Source of the DNA: Eledone cirrhosa
Lineage: Eukaryota
Assembly: GCA_964016885.1 (NCBI GenBank)
Contig: OZ024742.1
Span: 349,122,001-349,186,000, forward strand
DNA length: 64,000 nt
Direction: 5' to 3'
The position numbers were made by a program, and so were the translations under genes. The first letter of the stretch is position 1. Each line of letters starts with the position of its first letter. A model generated the notes under the pieces. That model had not been told where the DNA came from. It ran no database searches and saw only the letters and a program-made list of their open reading frames with translations. This document shows positions 39,200 to 53,100 of this stretch, in pieces.

Positions 39200-40215
39200 T
39201 GTGGGGTGTACTAAGGCTACAAAAGCCCGATGGTCTGTCTCGGGGTAGGTGAGAGAGGAAAAAGGAAAAGGAAGAGGAGAGGGAGTGGACGGAAGTGATA
39301 GGAAGGGATAAAGGGAATAAGAAAAGAAAAAGGAAAAGAATAGAAGTACATCTACCTATGTTAGCTGAGGTTTTCCCTATCTTGTTCGGCAAGAGGGGAA
39401 AAGAAGGATGTTGCAGCCATTGTCTACCCACCCGGGTCATGAGGGGTTTTATTTATTTATTACCTTTTAATCTCATTTTATTAACCTATTCTATAACGTC
39501 CCCTCTCTAATTTCTCCAGAATCCTTTTTCGCCTGCTTCCTTACTAGCCTAATTTCATACACACCCCCTAAATGATATCGGAAGAAAAGGACCAGTTGTT
39601 GGCCAGAGAGAAAGGTGTCTGACCTCAGCCCTTTCAAACGCGTCCAGCATACAACCTCTTTCACCATGGCTATTACGCACAGAAACACCGCCTCTCCTTC
39701 ATTTTTGAAGGGGGGAGGCGGCTTGATCGTTATAATGGACTCGGTGGTCAACCGGATAGATCCCACCGTTCGACATAGCCCCGCAGATCGGCGACGCCCG
39801 GGCAGTGTACCAATGCATGCGCGACGGTTTCCTCATCACGCACGCATCTGGGACAGATCTTTTTCGAGGGGTCCCTACCCGGGCGCCCGTGTCTGTAGAG
39901 TTTTTCTCGAACAGGCAGAGCCCCTCGGTAGCACTGCCAGGCCAGGGACCTCTGGAAGTTGTCCATAGGTCCCGGGCTAAATGTCCTACCGAATAGGCTG
40001 GTCTGTTCGTCTTCCTCCATGCCTAGGGATTCTCCGAGGGCTTCGTCGCACCTGCTAGCCACCAGCCCTCTATAGAATGTCGAGGTGGAGTCTCCACTGA
40101 TAACCGAGTCCGCTTGCCAGAGAGCCGTGATCCCGTGGGCACACTCAGTGTGCCAGGCGCCCAGTTTTCTCGGTCTTTGCTTCACCCAGGATTGCAGCTC
40201 GGTGAGCGAACAGAT
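39200..40215 (-). mobile_element. 5'-truncated Tx1/L1-group LINE: ORF2 C-terminus (39566-40215) and probable 3' UTR (39200-39446)
   Basis: AWQCYRGALPVREKL...CPRC....ETVAHALVHC zinc-knuckle motif; frameshift near 39760; UTR assignment is inference. Confidence 0.75.
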
Positions 40216-40244
40216 TAAACATCACTCCCCTCTAAACAACAAAA

Positions 40245-40625
40245 AATACCACCACCACCATTGCCACCATCACCCCCCACACACTACCACCACCATTGCC
40301 ACCATCACCCCCCTCACAGTACCAGCACAACCACCACCATTGCCACCATCACCCCCACACACTACCACCACCACCACCATGCCACCATTACCACTACCAC
40401 CACCACAATAACAGCAACAACAATAACAACAACAATAATAGCAATAACAATAACAACAACAATAACAATAAGACCAATAACAACAACACAACAACAACAA
40501 CAACAATAACAATAACAACAACAACAAGAACATATATAAAATAGAAAAACATACGTAAAACAGCAATAACAACAACAACAAAAATAACAACACCAACAAC
40601 AATAACAACAATAACAACAAGAAAA
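40245..40625. repeat. (ACC)n then (AAC/AAT)n low-complexity repeat
   Basis: Direct reading. Confidence 0.9.
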
Positions 40626-40730
40626 TAACATAAATAAAAAAATAAAAATGAAATAAAACGAAAGACTCAACTTGTAAATATAGAAAATAAGATTAGATTT
40701 CTAGAAAGGAGGAAATTGAAAAGTTCTGGA

Positions 40731-40799
<69 letters not shown>

Positions 40800-40930
40800 G
40801 TGAGGTTTTTTTTACAAAATGAAAAATAACCGAGGTGTCCTACACGAGTGGAAGTATAAAGAAAAAGGGATGAAATCGAAAATGCAACTGAAGTCTTATT
40901 TTTTTAAAAAATATATATATTTATTTGGTT

Positions 40931-40968
40931 CCTTTACCGGTTTCGCAGTTCTTCTGCTTTTCAAAAGG
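40931..40968 (-). ncRNA. Minimal type I hammerhead variant, U3-A8 core, palindromic stem III
   Basis: Minus strand: CCTT-TTGAAAA-GCAG aagaa CTGC-GAAA-CCGG-TA^AAGG; lies in a (TA)n-bounded cassette at 40793-41000. Confidence 0.8.
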
Positions 40969-40996
40969 TGAGTTGAGATGGAGGGTCTGTGGTTTT

Positions 40997-41101
<105 letters not shown>

Positions 41102-41114
41102 ACATATATATATA

Positions 41115-41427
41115 TAAAATACAATATGTTGAAAAGGTAACACACCAGAGAGAGATATATAGTGCGTTATCAATAATACAGGGAAAAAACCACCAGTGTA
41201 TGGAATCTATAACCTATGAAAGGAAGACTATAGATACGATAATTAAAAATATAAAATAAAGCGTAAATAAATACCTCTATAACTATATAACACACGAAGC
41301 GCACTGTATATCTCTCTCTGGTGTCTTACCTTTTCAACATATTGTATTTTAAAGAGCTCAGGATTTCTTCTCCTTTGAGCACATTATTTACAGGGAATGG
41401 CGAGGGCGTATGGGTCCGTTAATTTAT

Positions 41428-41431
<4 letters not shown>
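41115..41431 (+). mobile_element. Fold-back cassette 5 (arms 41115-41168 / 41298-41351 plus tail) in (TA)n
   Basis: TAAAATACAATATGTTGAAAAGGTAA.ACACCAGAGAGAGATATA.AGTGCG is mirrored. Confidence 0.85.
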
Positions 41432-41455
<24 letters not shown>

Positions 41456-41458
<3 letters not shown>

Positions 41459-41642
41459 GGAACCAGTAAGACCCGACAGCTGAGCTCAAGCCGTTTCGAC
41501 GGCTAATTCTGGAATTAGCCGTCGAAACGGCTTGAGCTCAGCTGTCGGGGTCTTACTGGTTCCTATTACCCACTCTACTACCTCAAGTATTGAGTACTTT
41601 GGTGCGTTATGGTCCACCTGGTTCCTTACCACATTTCCTTCG

Positions 41643-41644
<2 letters not shown>
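41456..41644 (+). mobile_element. Fold-back cassette 6 (family X): palindrome 41456-41566 plus tail, in (TA)n
   Basis: Near-perfect palindrome centred near 41510; contains the 3' half of the hammerhead GAAACGGC..GCTGTCGGGGT. Confidence 0.85.
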
Positions 41645-41672
<28 letters not shown>

Positions 41673-41681
<9 letters not shown>

Positions 41682-42016
41682 TAAACGGAAAAGAAAATGC
41701 TGACAAATTGTTCACAGTGACAAATAGTTTAATTAGGAATAAGTGAGAATTAGTAATAGTATTGGTTAGTATTCAGTTTTGGTTTTAAGTTGATCAGAGA
41801 AAACATCACGGACGCTCTATCTCAAAATTATTTTTGAAAAGCATTAGAAATGCGCAACCGGTAAAACTTAAAACCAAAACTGAATACTAACCAATACTAT
41901 TACTAATTCTCACTTATTCCTAATTAAACTATTTTTCACTGTGAACAATTTGTCAGCATTTTCTATTCCGTTTACCAATATATCATAACTTGTGTGTTAC
42001 ACCTCTATTCTTTTAA
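41673..42016 (+). mobile_element. Fold-back cassette 7 (arms 41673-41791 / 41865-41983 plus tail) in (TA)n
   Basis: 119-bp arms with only about 2 mismatches; spacer ends in a hammerhead motif. Confidence 0.9.
41831..41866 (+). ncRNA. Minimal hammerhead variant (U3-A8) with A13C substitution
   Basis: TTT-TTGAAAA-GCAT tagaa ATGC-GCAA-CCGG-TA^AAA; same layout as 40931-40968. Confidence 0.7.
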
Positions 42017-42299
42017 ATATATATATATATATATATATATAGGATAACAAGTTATCGTTATAGGTATTCCAGTTAGAGGTTGTGAGTACTCTGCGTCGTA
42101 GATAGTTTTAACGTACGGCTTTGTTTGACTCAACAAGATGTTTCCATAGTTATGCAGCGAGTTCGCGGTAATTTCTATGTAGGTTATACTTGGAGTAATA
42201 ATAGTTAAAGAATGAAGAGTAACATGGTTGGCTGTACAATAATTATTTCAGGTATTGTTTCATTGATCAGGTGAGTCTAGACTGTGTGTGTGTGTGTAT

Positions 42300-42377
<78 letters not shown>

Positions 42378-42419
42378 TATATGTATATATGTATATATAT
42401 ATATATATATATATGAAAA

Positions 42420-42467
42420 TGAAACGACAACAATAAGCACAACAAGAGCAGCAACAACAATACCAGT

Positions 42468-42519
<52 letters not shown>

Positions 42520-42970
42520 GAAGCAGCAACAACAACAACAACAACAATACCTACAATAACAACAACACCAACACCAATACCTACAATAACAATAACAACA
42601 ACAGTAGCAACAACAGTAACAACAACAGTAATAACAACAACAACAGTAACAACCACAATAGTAGCAATAACAACAATAACAACAGCAGTAACAACAACAG
42701 TAGCAATGTCAGTAACAGCAGTAACAACAACAACAACAACAACAATAGTAACAACAACAGTAACAACAACAGTAACAACAACAGTAACAACAACAATAAC
42801 AGTAATAACAGTAACAACAACAGTGACAACAGCGACAACAGCAGTAATAACAACAACAGTAACAACAACATTAACAACAACAGTAATAACAACAACAGTA
42901 GCAATAACAGTAATAATAACAACAGTAGCAACAACAGTAACAACAGTAACAACAGTAACAATAGTATCAA
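42420..42970. repeat. (ACA/GCA/GTA)n trinucleotide low-complexity tract
   Basis: Direct reading. Confidence 0.9.
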
Positions 42971-43114
42971 CATGCCAGCTAGATATATCAAAACTATTGT
43001 AAATAAAGAAGTGAGCCTAACTGGTAGAGAACTCCAAAAACAACACCCAAAACACATAAACTAAAGATAGTAAAATTTAAAGGACTCAAGACGAACCACA
43101 GGAGGGCTGAAGTG

Positions 43115-43360
43115 TTACTCAGGGTCCTCTGGTTACAAAGTTTCTATCGAAAGGACGTAGTTATCGGTTCGATCCCGATAAGGATAATTTGTACGTTTCA
43201 TCGGTCTGTGTTGTGATTGAAATGTCGTAACTAATCGATCTTTCTTGTGATTGAAATCTAGTAAATAAAAACTCTTTCTGTCAAGAGTTGTGACTGGTAG
43301 ATAGTATCAGCGATGGAAAGTCCAATGGAAACATTGTCTCCTCGGTACAATTTGACGAGT
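43115..43360 (+). mobile_element. Diverged SINE (tail type 1)
   Basis: B-box GGTTCGATCCC near 43166; 43285-43360 matches the reverse complement of 21925-22005. Confidence 0.65.
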
Positions 43361-44063
43361 TCCACACCACTCAGTAAGCGAAGAAATAAACGTCGTTGTC
43401 TCTGAGATGTAGTGAGAGTATATTTGAATTGATAGAAAAATGTGAAAACTCATCCCTAGAACAGCTGTTAAAACAGCTAAATGCTGTGAAAGACAACTGA
43501 GACCAGCATATATAGTTTAGTTTAGTTTAACATATTGTGGTCCCAACCCATCCTATTTATTTTATAACGTATGAGATTTCTAGTAATGTACGTTTTTTTT
43601 TTGTTATGTATAATGTTTTTTAATGTATAAACAAAATTAATTGTCGCAGGAATGTTACCGCTTAAAATAAAATTTCGCCGGATATAGACTAGCAAAATTT
43701 AATAAGCGGGGTGGGCAGTGGGTGGGGGTAGTGGTGGCTGAAATAAGAGCGAGAGGGGTGGAAAAAATCTGACAAATTAATTAGTATGGCTGGGTGACAA
43801 TTATTCCAGACGCGAGAATACTATGAAATAGTGAAATAAGTGGTGTATGTTACCCTTAAAGACGGGAAAAAGGTGATCAGAAACGTCTCCAGGAACTGAA
43901 CCATGTATCTATTCTACGTGGGACGTCTCAATAGCTTCTCACAATAAAAACTGTGTCAGTACAGTGCCCCTACGACACCATCAGAGATTGAAGGACCCTT
44001 GACATTATCTATATAACAATGTAGACGTTGCTATGGAAACTATTACCTCAGTTTAGTTTGTTT

Positions 44064-44130
44064 GTGAAGGTGCCTGGTTTAGTCGTTAAAGAAATGAATT
44101 CGCAATAGTGAAGTTGCAAGTTCGATTTCA
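44064..44130 (+). mobile_element. SINE family A tRNA-like head, truncated by satellite C
   Basis: GTGAAGGTGCCTGGTTTAGTCGTTA...GTTCGATTTC resembles the head of the 24655 SINE (GTGAAGGCGCATGGCTTAGTGGTTA). Confidence 0.6.
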
Positions 44131-44131
44131 G

Positions 44132-47100
44132 TTCTCTATTTCAATAACTAAGATATCTTTGGTGTGACTGTTATCACAGTTGTCTATCTCAATAACTAAG
44201 ATATCTTTGGTGTAACTGTTATCACAGTTGTCTATTTCAATAACTAAGATATCTTTGGTGTAACTGTTATCACAGTTGTCTATTTCAGTATATAACTAAG
44301 ATATCTTTGGTGTGACTGTTATCACAGTTGTCTATTTCAATAACAAAGATATCTTTGGTGTAACTGTTATCACAGTTGTCTATTTCAATAACTAAGATAT
44401 CTTTGGTGTAACTGTTATCACAGTTGTCTATTTCAGTATATAACTAAGATATCTTTGGTGTGACTGTTATCACAGGTGTCTATTTCAATAACTAAGATAT
44501 CTTTGGTGTAACTGTTATCACAGTTGACTATTTCAATAACTAAGATATCTTTGGTGTAACTGTTATCACAGTTGTCTATTTCAATAACTAAGATATCTTT
44601 GGTGTGACTGTTATCACAGTTGTCTATTTCAGTATATAACTAAGATATCTTTGGCGTGACTGTTATCACAGTTGTCTATTTCAATAACTAAGATATCTTT
44701 GGTGTGACTGTTATCACAGTTGTCTATTTCAGTATATAACTAAGATATCTTTGGTGTAACTGTTATCACAGTTGTCTATTTCAATAACTAAGATATCTTT
44801 GGTATGACTGTTATCACAGGTATCTATTTCAATAACTAAGATATCTTTGGTGTAACTGTTATCACAGTTATCTATTTCAATAACTAAGATATCTTTGGTG
44901 TGACTGTTATCACAGTTATCTATTTCAATAACTAAGATATCTTTGGTGTAACTGTTATCACAGTTATCTATTTCAATAACTAAGATATCTTTGGTGTAAC
45001 TGTTATCACAGTTATCTATTTCAATAACTAAGATATCTTTGGTGTGACTGTTATCACAGGTGTCTATTTCAGTATCTAAGGTATCTTTGGTGTAACTGTT
45101 ATCACAGTTGTCTATTTCAATAACTAAGATCTCTTTGGTGTGACTGTTATCACAGTTGTCTATTTCAATAGCTAAGATATCTTTGGTGTAACTGTTATCA
45201 CAGTTGTCTGTTTCAATAACTAAGATATCTTTGGTGTGACTGTTATCACAGTTGTCTATTTCAATAACTAAGATATCTTTGGTGTGACTGTTATCACAGT
45301 TGTCTATTTCAATAGCTAAGATATCTTTGGTGTGACTATCATCACAGTTCTCTATTTCAGTATCTAAGATATCTTTGGTGTAACTGTTATCACAGTTGTC
45401 TATTTCAGTATCTAAGATATCTTTGGTGTGACTGTTATCACAGTTGTCTATTTCAGTATATAACTAAGATATCTTTGGTGTAACTGTTATCACAGTTGTC
45501 TGTTACAATAACTAAGATATCTTTGGTGTGACTGTTATCAGAGTTGTCTATTTCAGTATATAACTGAGATATCTTTGGTCTGACTGTTATCACAGGTGTC
45601 TATTTCAGTATATAACTAAGATATCTTTGGTGTGACTGTTATCACAGGTGTCTATTTCAATAACTAAGATATCTTTGGTGTGACTGTTATCACAGTTGTC
45701 TATTTCAGTATATAACTAAGATATCTTTGGTGTGACTGTTATCACAGTTGTCTATTTCAATAACTAAGATATCTTTGGTGTGACTGTTATCACAGTTGTC
45801 TATTTCAGTATATAACTAAGATATCTTTTGTGTGACTGTTATCACTGTTGTCTATTTCAGTATCTAAGATATCTTTGGTGTAACTGTTATCACAGTTGTC
45901 TATTTCAGTATATAACTAAGATATCTTTGGTGTAACTGTTGTCACAGTTGTCTATTTCAATAACTAAGATATCTTTGGTGTGACTGTTATCACAGGTGTC
46001 TATTTCAGTATATAACTAAGATATCTTTGGTGTAACTGTTATCACAGTTGTCTATTTCAGTATATAACTAAGATATCTTTGGTGTGACTGTTATCACAGT
46101 TGTCTATTTCAGTATATAACTAAGATATCTTTGGTGTGACTGTTATCACAGGTGTCTATTTTAGTATATAACTAAGATATCTTTGGTGTGACTGTTATCA
46201 CAGTTATCTATTTCAGTATATAACTAAGATATCTTTTGTGTAACTGTTATCACAGTTGTCTATTTCAATAACTAAGATATCTTTGGTGTGACTGTTATCA
46301 CAGTTGTCTATTTCAATAACTAAGATATCTTTGGTGTGACTGTTATCACAGTTATCTATTTCAGTATATAACTAAGATATCTTTGGTGTGACTGTTATCA
46401 CAGTTGTCTATTTCAATAACTAAGATATCTTTGGTGTGACTGTTATCACAGGTGTCTATTTCAGTATATAACTGAGATATCTTTGGTGTAACTGTTATCA
46501 CAGTTGTCTATTTCAATATCTAAGATATCTTTGGTGTAACTGTTATCACAGTTGTCTATTTCAATATCTAAGATATCTTTGGTGTAACTGTTATCACAGT
46601 TGTCTATTTCAGTATATAACTAAGATATCTTTGGTGTGACTGTTATCACAGTTGTCTATTTCAATAACTAAGATATCTTAGGTGTGACTGTTATCACAGT
46701 TGTCTATTTCAGTATATAACTAAGATATCTTTTGTGTGACTGTTATCACAGTTGTCTATTTCAGTATCTAAGATATTTTTGGTGTGACTGTTATCACAGT
46801 TGTCTATTTCAGTATCTAAGATAACTTTGGTGAGACTGTTATCACAGTTGTCTATTTCAATAACTAAGATATCTTAGGTGTGACTGTTATCACAGTTGTC
46901 TATTTCAGTATATAACTAAGATATCTTTTGTGTGACTGTTATCACAGTTGTCTATTTCAGCACTAAGATATCTTTGGTGTAACTGTTATCACAGTTGTCT
47001 ATTTCAGTATATAACTAAGATATCTTTGGTGTAACTGTTATCACAGTTGTCTATTTCAATAACTAAGATATCTTTGGTGTGACTGTTGTCACAGTTGTCT

Positions 47101-50100
47101 ATTTCAATATCTAAGATATCTTTGGTGTGACTGTTATCACAGTTGTCTATTTCAGAATATAACTAAGATATCTTTGGGGTGACTGTTATCACAGTTATCT
47201 ATTTCAATAACTAAGATATCTTTGGCGTAACTGTTATCACAGTTGTCTATTTCAGTTTTCTAAGATATCTTTGGTGTAACTGTTATCACAGTTGTCTATT
47301 TCAATAACTAAGATATCTTTGGTGTGACTGTTATCACAGTTGTCTATTTCAGTATCTAAGATATCTTTGGTGTGACTGTTATCACAGTTATCTATTTCAA
47401 TAACTAAGATATCTTTGGTGTAACTGTTATCACAGTTATCTATTTCAATAACTAAGATATCTTTGGTGTAACCTTTATCACAGTTATCTATTTCAATAAC
47501 TACGATATCTTTGGTGTGACTCTTATCACAGGTGTCTATTTCAGTATCTAAGATATCTTTGGTGTAACTGTTATCACAGGTGTCTATTTCAGTATCTAAG
47601 ATATCTTTGGTGTAACTGTTATCACAGTTGTCTATTTCAATAACTAAGATATCTTTGGTGTGACTGTTATCACAGTTGTCTATTTCAGTATCTAAGATAT
47701 CTTTGGTGTAACTGTTATCACAGTTGTCTATTTCAGTATCTAAGATAAATTTGGTGTGACTGTATTCACAGTTGTCTATTTCAGTATCTAAGATATCTTT
47801 TGTGTAACTGTTATCACAGTTGTCTATTTCAGTATCTTAGATATCTTTGGTGTGACTGTTATCACAGTTGTCTGTTACAATAACTAAGATATCTTTGGTG
47901 TGACTGTTATCACAGTTGTCTATTTCAGTATCTAAGATATCTTTGGTGTAACTGTTATCACAGTTGTCTATTTCAGTATATAACTAAGATATCTTTGGTG
48001 TGACTGTTATCACAGGTGTCTATTTCAATAACTAAGATATCTTTGGTGTAACTGTTATCACAGTTGACTATTTCAATAACTAAGATATCTTTGGTGTAAC
48101 TGTTATCACAGTTGTCTATTTCAATAACTAAGATATCTTTGGTGTGACTGTTATCACAGTTGTCTATTTCAGTATATAACTAAGATATCTTTGGCGTGAC
48201 TGTTATCACAGTTGTCTATTTCAATAACTAAGATATCTTTGGTGTGACTGTTATCACAGTTGTCTATTTCAGTATATAACTAAGATATCTTTGGTGTAAC
48301 TGTTATCACAGTTGTCTATTTCAATAACTAAGATATCTTTGGTATGACTGTTATCACAGGTATCTATTTCAATAACTAAGATATCTTTGGTGTAACTGTT
48401 ATCACAGTTATCTATTTCAATAACTAAGATATCTTTGGTGTGACTGTTATCACAGTTATCTATTTCAATAACTAAGATATCTTTGGTGTAACTGTTATCA
48501 CAGTTATCTATTTCAATAACTAAGATATCTTTGGTGTAACTGTTATCACAGTTATCTATTTCAATAACTAAGATATCTTTGGTGTGACTGTTATCACAGG
48601 TGTCTATTTCAGTATCTAAGGTATCTTTGGTGTAACTGTTATCACAGTTGTCTATTTCAATAACTAAGATCTCTTTGGTGTGACTGTTATCACAGTTGTC
48701 TATTTCAATAGCTAAGATATCTTTGGTGTAACTGTTATCACAGTTGTCTGTTTCAATAACTAAGATATCTTTGGTGTGACTGTTATCACAGTTGTCTATT
48801 TCAATAACTAAGATATCTTTGGTGTGACTGTTATCACAGTTGTCTATTTCAATAGCTAAGATATCTTTGGTGTGACTATCATCACAGTTCTCTATTTCAG
48901 TATCTAAGATATCTTTGGTGTAACTGTTATCACAGTTGTCTATTTCAGTATCTAAGATATCTTTGGTGTGACTGTTATCACAGTTGTCTATTTCAGTATA
49001 TAACTAAGATATCTTTGGTGTAACTGTTATCACAGTTGTCTGTTACAATAACTAAGATATCTTTGGTGTGACTGTTATCAGAGTTGTCTATTTCAGTATA
49101 TAACTGAGATATCTTTGGTCTGACTGTTATCACAGGTGTCTATTTCAGTATATAACTAAGATATCTTTGGTGTGACTGTTATCACAGGTGTCTATTTCAA
49201 TAACTAAGATATCTTTGGTGTGACTGTTATCACAGTTGTCTATTTCAGTATATAACTAAGATATCTTTGGTGTGACTGTTATCACAGTTGTCTATTTCAA
49301 TAACTAAGATATCTTTGGTGTGACTGTTATCACAGTTGTCTATTTCAGTATATAACTAAGATATCTTTTGTGTGACTGTTATCACTGTTGTCTATTTCAG
49401 TATCTAAGATATCTTTGGTGTAACTGTTATCACAGTTGTCTATTTCAGTATATAACTAAGATATCTTTGGTGTAACTGTTGTCACAGTTGTCTATTTCAA
49501 TAACTAAGATATCTTTGGTGTGACTGTTATCACAGGTGTCTATTTCAGTATATAACTAAGATATCTTTGGTGTAACTGTTATCACAGTTGTCTATTTCAG
49601 TATATAACTAAGATATCTTTGGTGTGACTGTTATCACAGTTGTCTATTTCAGTATATAACTAAGATATCTTTGGTGTAACTGTTATCACAGTTGTCTATT
49701 TCAATATCTAAGATATCTTTGTGTAACTGTTATCAGAGTTATCTATTTCAATAACTAAGATATCTTTGGTGTAACTGTTATCACAGTTGTCTATTTCAAT
49801 AACTAAGATATCTTTGGTATGACTGTTATCACAGATATCTATTTCAATAACTAAGATATCTTTGGTGTAACTGTTATCACAGTTATCTATTTCAATAACT
49901 AAGATATCTTTGGTGTGACTGTTATCACAGTTATCTATTTCAATAACTAAGATATCTTTGGTGTAACTGTTATCACAGTTATCTATTTCAATAACTAAGA
50001 TATCTTTGGTGTAACTGTTATCACAGTTATCTATTTCAATAACTAAGATATCTTTGGTGTGACTGTTATCACAGGTGTCTATTTTAGTATATAACTAAGA

Positions 50101-53100
50101 TATCTTTGGTGTGACTGTTATCACAGTTATCTATTTCAGTATATAACTAAGATATCTTTGGTGTAACTGTTATCACAGTTGTCTATTTCAATAACTAAGA
50201 TATCTTTGGTGTGACTGTTATCACAGTTGTCTATTTCAATAACTAAGATATCTTTGGTGTGACTGTTATCACAGTTATCTATTTCAGTATATAACTAAGA
50301 TATCTTTGGTGTGACTGTTATCACAGTTGTCTATTTCAATAACTAAGATATCTTTGGTGTGACTGTTATCACAGGTGTCTATTTCAGTATATAACTGAGA
50401 TATCTTTGGTGTAACTGTTATCACAGTTGTCTATTTCAATATCTAAGATATCTTTGGTGTAACTGTTATCACAGTTGTCTATTTCAATATCTAAGATATC
50501 TTTGGTGTAACTGTTATCACAGTTGTCTATTTCAGTATATAACTAAGATATCTTTGGTGTGACTGTTATCACAGTTGTCTATTTCAATAACTAAGATATC
50601 TTAGGTGTGACTGTTATCACAGTTGTCTATTTCAGTATATAACTAAGATATCTTTTGTGTGACTGTTATCACAGTTGTCTATTTCAGTATCTAAGATATT
50701 TTTGGTGTGACTGTTATCACAGTTGTCTATTTCAGTATCTAAGATAACTTTGGTGAGACTGTTATCACAGTTGTCTATTTCAATAACTAAGATATCTTAG
50801 GTGTGACTGTTATCACAGTTGTCTATTTCAGTATATAACTAAGATATCTTTTGTGTGACTGTTATCACAGTTGTCTATTTCAGCACTAAGATATCTTTGG
50901 TGTAACTGTTATCACAGTTGTCTATTTCAGTATATAACTAAGATATCTTTGGTGTAACTGTTATCACAGTTGTCTATTTCAATAACTAAGATATCTTTGG
51001 TGTGACTGTTGTCACAGTTGTCTATTTCAATATCTAAGATATCTTTGGTGTGACTGTTATCACAGTTGTCTATTTCAGTATATAACTAAGATATCTTTGG
51101 TGTAACTGTTATCACAGTTATCTATTTCAATAACTAAGATATCTTTGGTGTAACTGTTATCACAGCTGTCTATTTCAGAATATAACTAAGATATCTTTGG
51201 GGTGACTGTTATCACAGTTATCTATTTCAATAACTAAGATATCTTTGGCGTAACTGTTATCACAGTTGTCTATTTCAGTTTTCTAAGATATCTTTGGTGT
51301 AACTGTTATCACAGTTGTCTATTTCAATAACTAAGATATCTTTGGTGTGACTGTTATCACAGTTGTCTATTTCAGTATCTAAGATATCTTTGGTGTGACT
51401 GTTATCACAGTTATCTATTTCAATAACTAAGATATCTTTGGTGTAACTGTTATCACAGTTATCTATTTCAATAACTAAGATATCTTTGGTGTAACCTTTA
51501 TCACAGTTATCTATTTCAATAACTACGATATCTTTGGTGTGACTCTTATCACAGGTGTCTATTTCAGTATCTAAGATATCTTTGGTGTAACTGTTATCAC
51601 AGGTGTCTATTTCAGTATCTAAGATATCTTTGGTGTAACTGTTATCACAGTTGTCTATTTCAATAACTAAGATATCTTTGGTGTGACTGTTATCACAGTT
51701 GTCTATTTCAGTATCTAAGATATCTTTGGTGTAACTGTTATCACAGTTGTCTATTTCAGTATCTAAGATAAATTTGGTGTGACTGTTATCACAGTTGTCT
51801 ATTTCAGTATCTAAGATATCTTTTGTGTAACTGTTATCACAGTTGTCTATTTCAGTATCTTAGATATCATTGGTGTGACTGTTATCACAGATGTCTGTTA
51901 CAATAACTAAGATATCTTTGGTGTGACTGTTATCACAGTTGTCTATTTCAGTATCTAAGATATCTTTGGTGTAACTGTTATCACAGTTGTCTATTTCAAT
52001 ATCTAAGATATCTTTGGTGTGACTGTTATCACAGTTGTCTATTTCAGTATATAACTAAGATATCTTTGGTGTAACTGTTATCACAGTTGTCTGTTACAAT
52101 AACTAAGATATCTTTGGTGTGACTGTTATCACAGTTGTCTATTTCAGTATCTAAGATATCTTTGGTGTAACTGTTATCACAGTTGTCTATTTCAATATCT
52201 AAGATATCTTTGGTGTGACTGTTATCACAGGTGTCTATTTCAGTATATAATTATGATATCTTTGGTGTAACTGTTATCAAAGTGCTCTATTTCAGTATCT
52301 AAGATATCTTTGGTGTGACTGTTATTACAGGTGTCTATTTCAGTATATAACTAAGATATCTTCGGTGTGACTGTTATCACAGTTCTCTATTTCAGTATAT
52401 AACTGAGATATCTTTGGTCTGACTTTTATCACAGGTGTCTATTTTAGTATATAACTAAGATATCTTTGGTGTGACTGTTATCAAAGTTGTCTATTTCAGT
52501 ATATAACTAAGATATTTTTGGTGTAACTGTTATCACAGGTGTCTATTTCAATAACTAAGATATCTTTGGGGTGACTGTTATCACAGGTGTCTATTTCAGT
52601 ATATAACTAAGATATCTTTGGTGTAACTCTTATCACAGTTGTCTATTTCAGTATATAACTAAGATATCTTTGGTGTGACTGTTATCACAGTTCTCTATTT
52701 CAGTATATAACTAAGATATCTTTGGTGTGACTGTTATCACAGGTGTCTATTTTAGTATATAACTAAGATATCTTTGGTGTCACTGTTATCACAGTTATCT
52801 ATTTCAGTATATAACTAACAAATCTTTGGTCTAACTGTTATCACAGTTGTCTATTTCAATAATTAAGATATCTTTGGTGTGACTGTTATCACAGTTGTCT
52901 ATTTCAATAACTAAGATATCTTGGGTGTGACTGTTATCACAGTTATCTATTTCAGTATATAACTAAGATATCTTTAGTGTGACTGTTATCACAGTTGTCT
53001 ATTTCAATATCTAAGATATCTTTGGTGTGACTGTTATCACAGGTGTCTATTTCAGTATATAACTAAGATATCTTTGGTGTAACTGTTATCACAGTTGTCT

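Noticed and set aside
42127-42165. Minus-strand hammerhead-like ACTC..CATA/TATG-GAAACA..TGTT-GAGT
   Set aside because: CUGANGA core is absent; at most a remnant
42260-43057. Thr-rich mucin-like and poly-Leu ORFs
   Set aside because: Trinucleotide low-complexity tract that begins in a dinucleotide microsatellite; no gene structure
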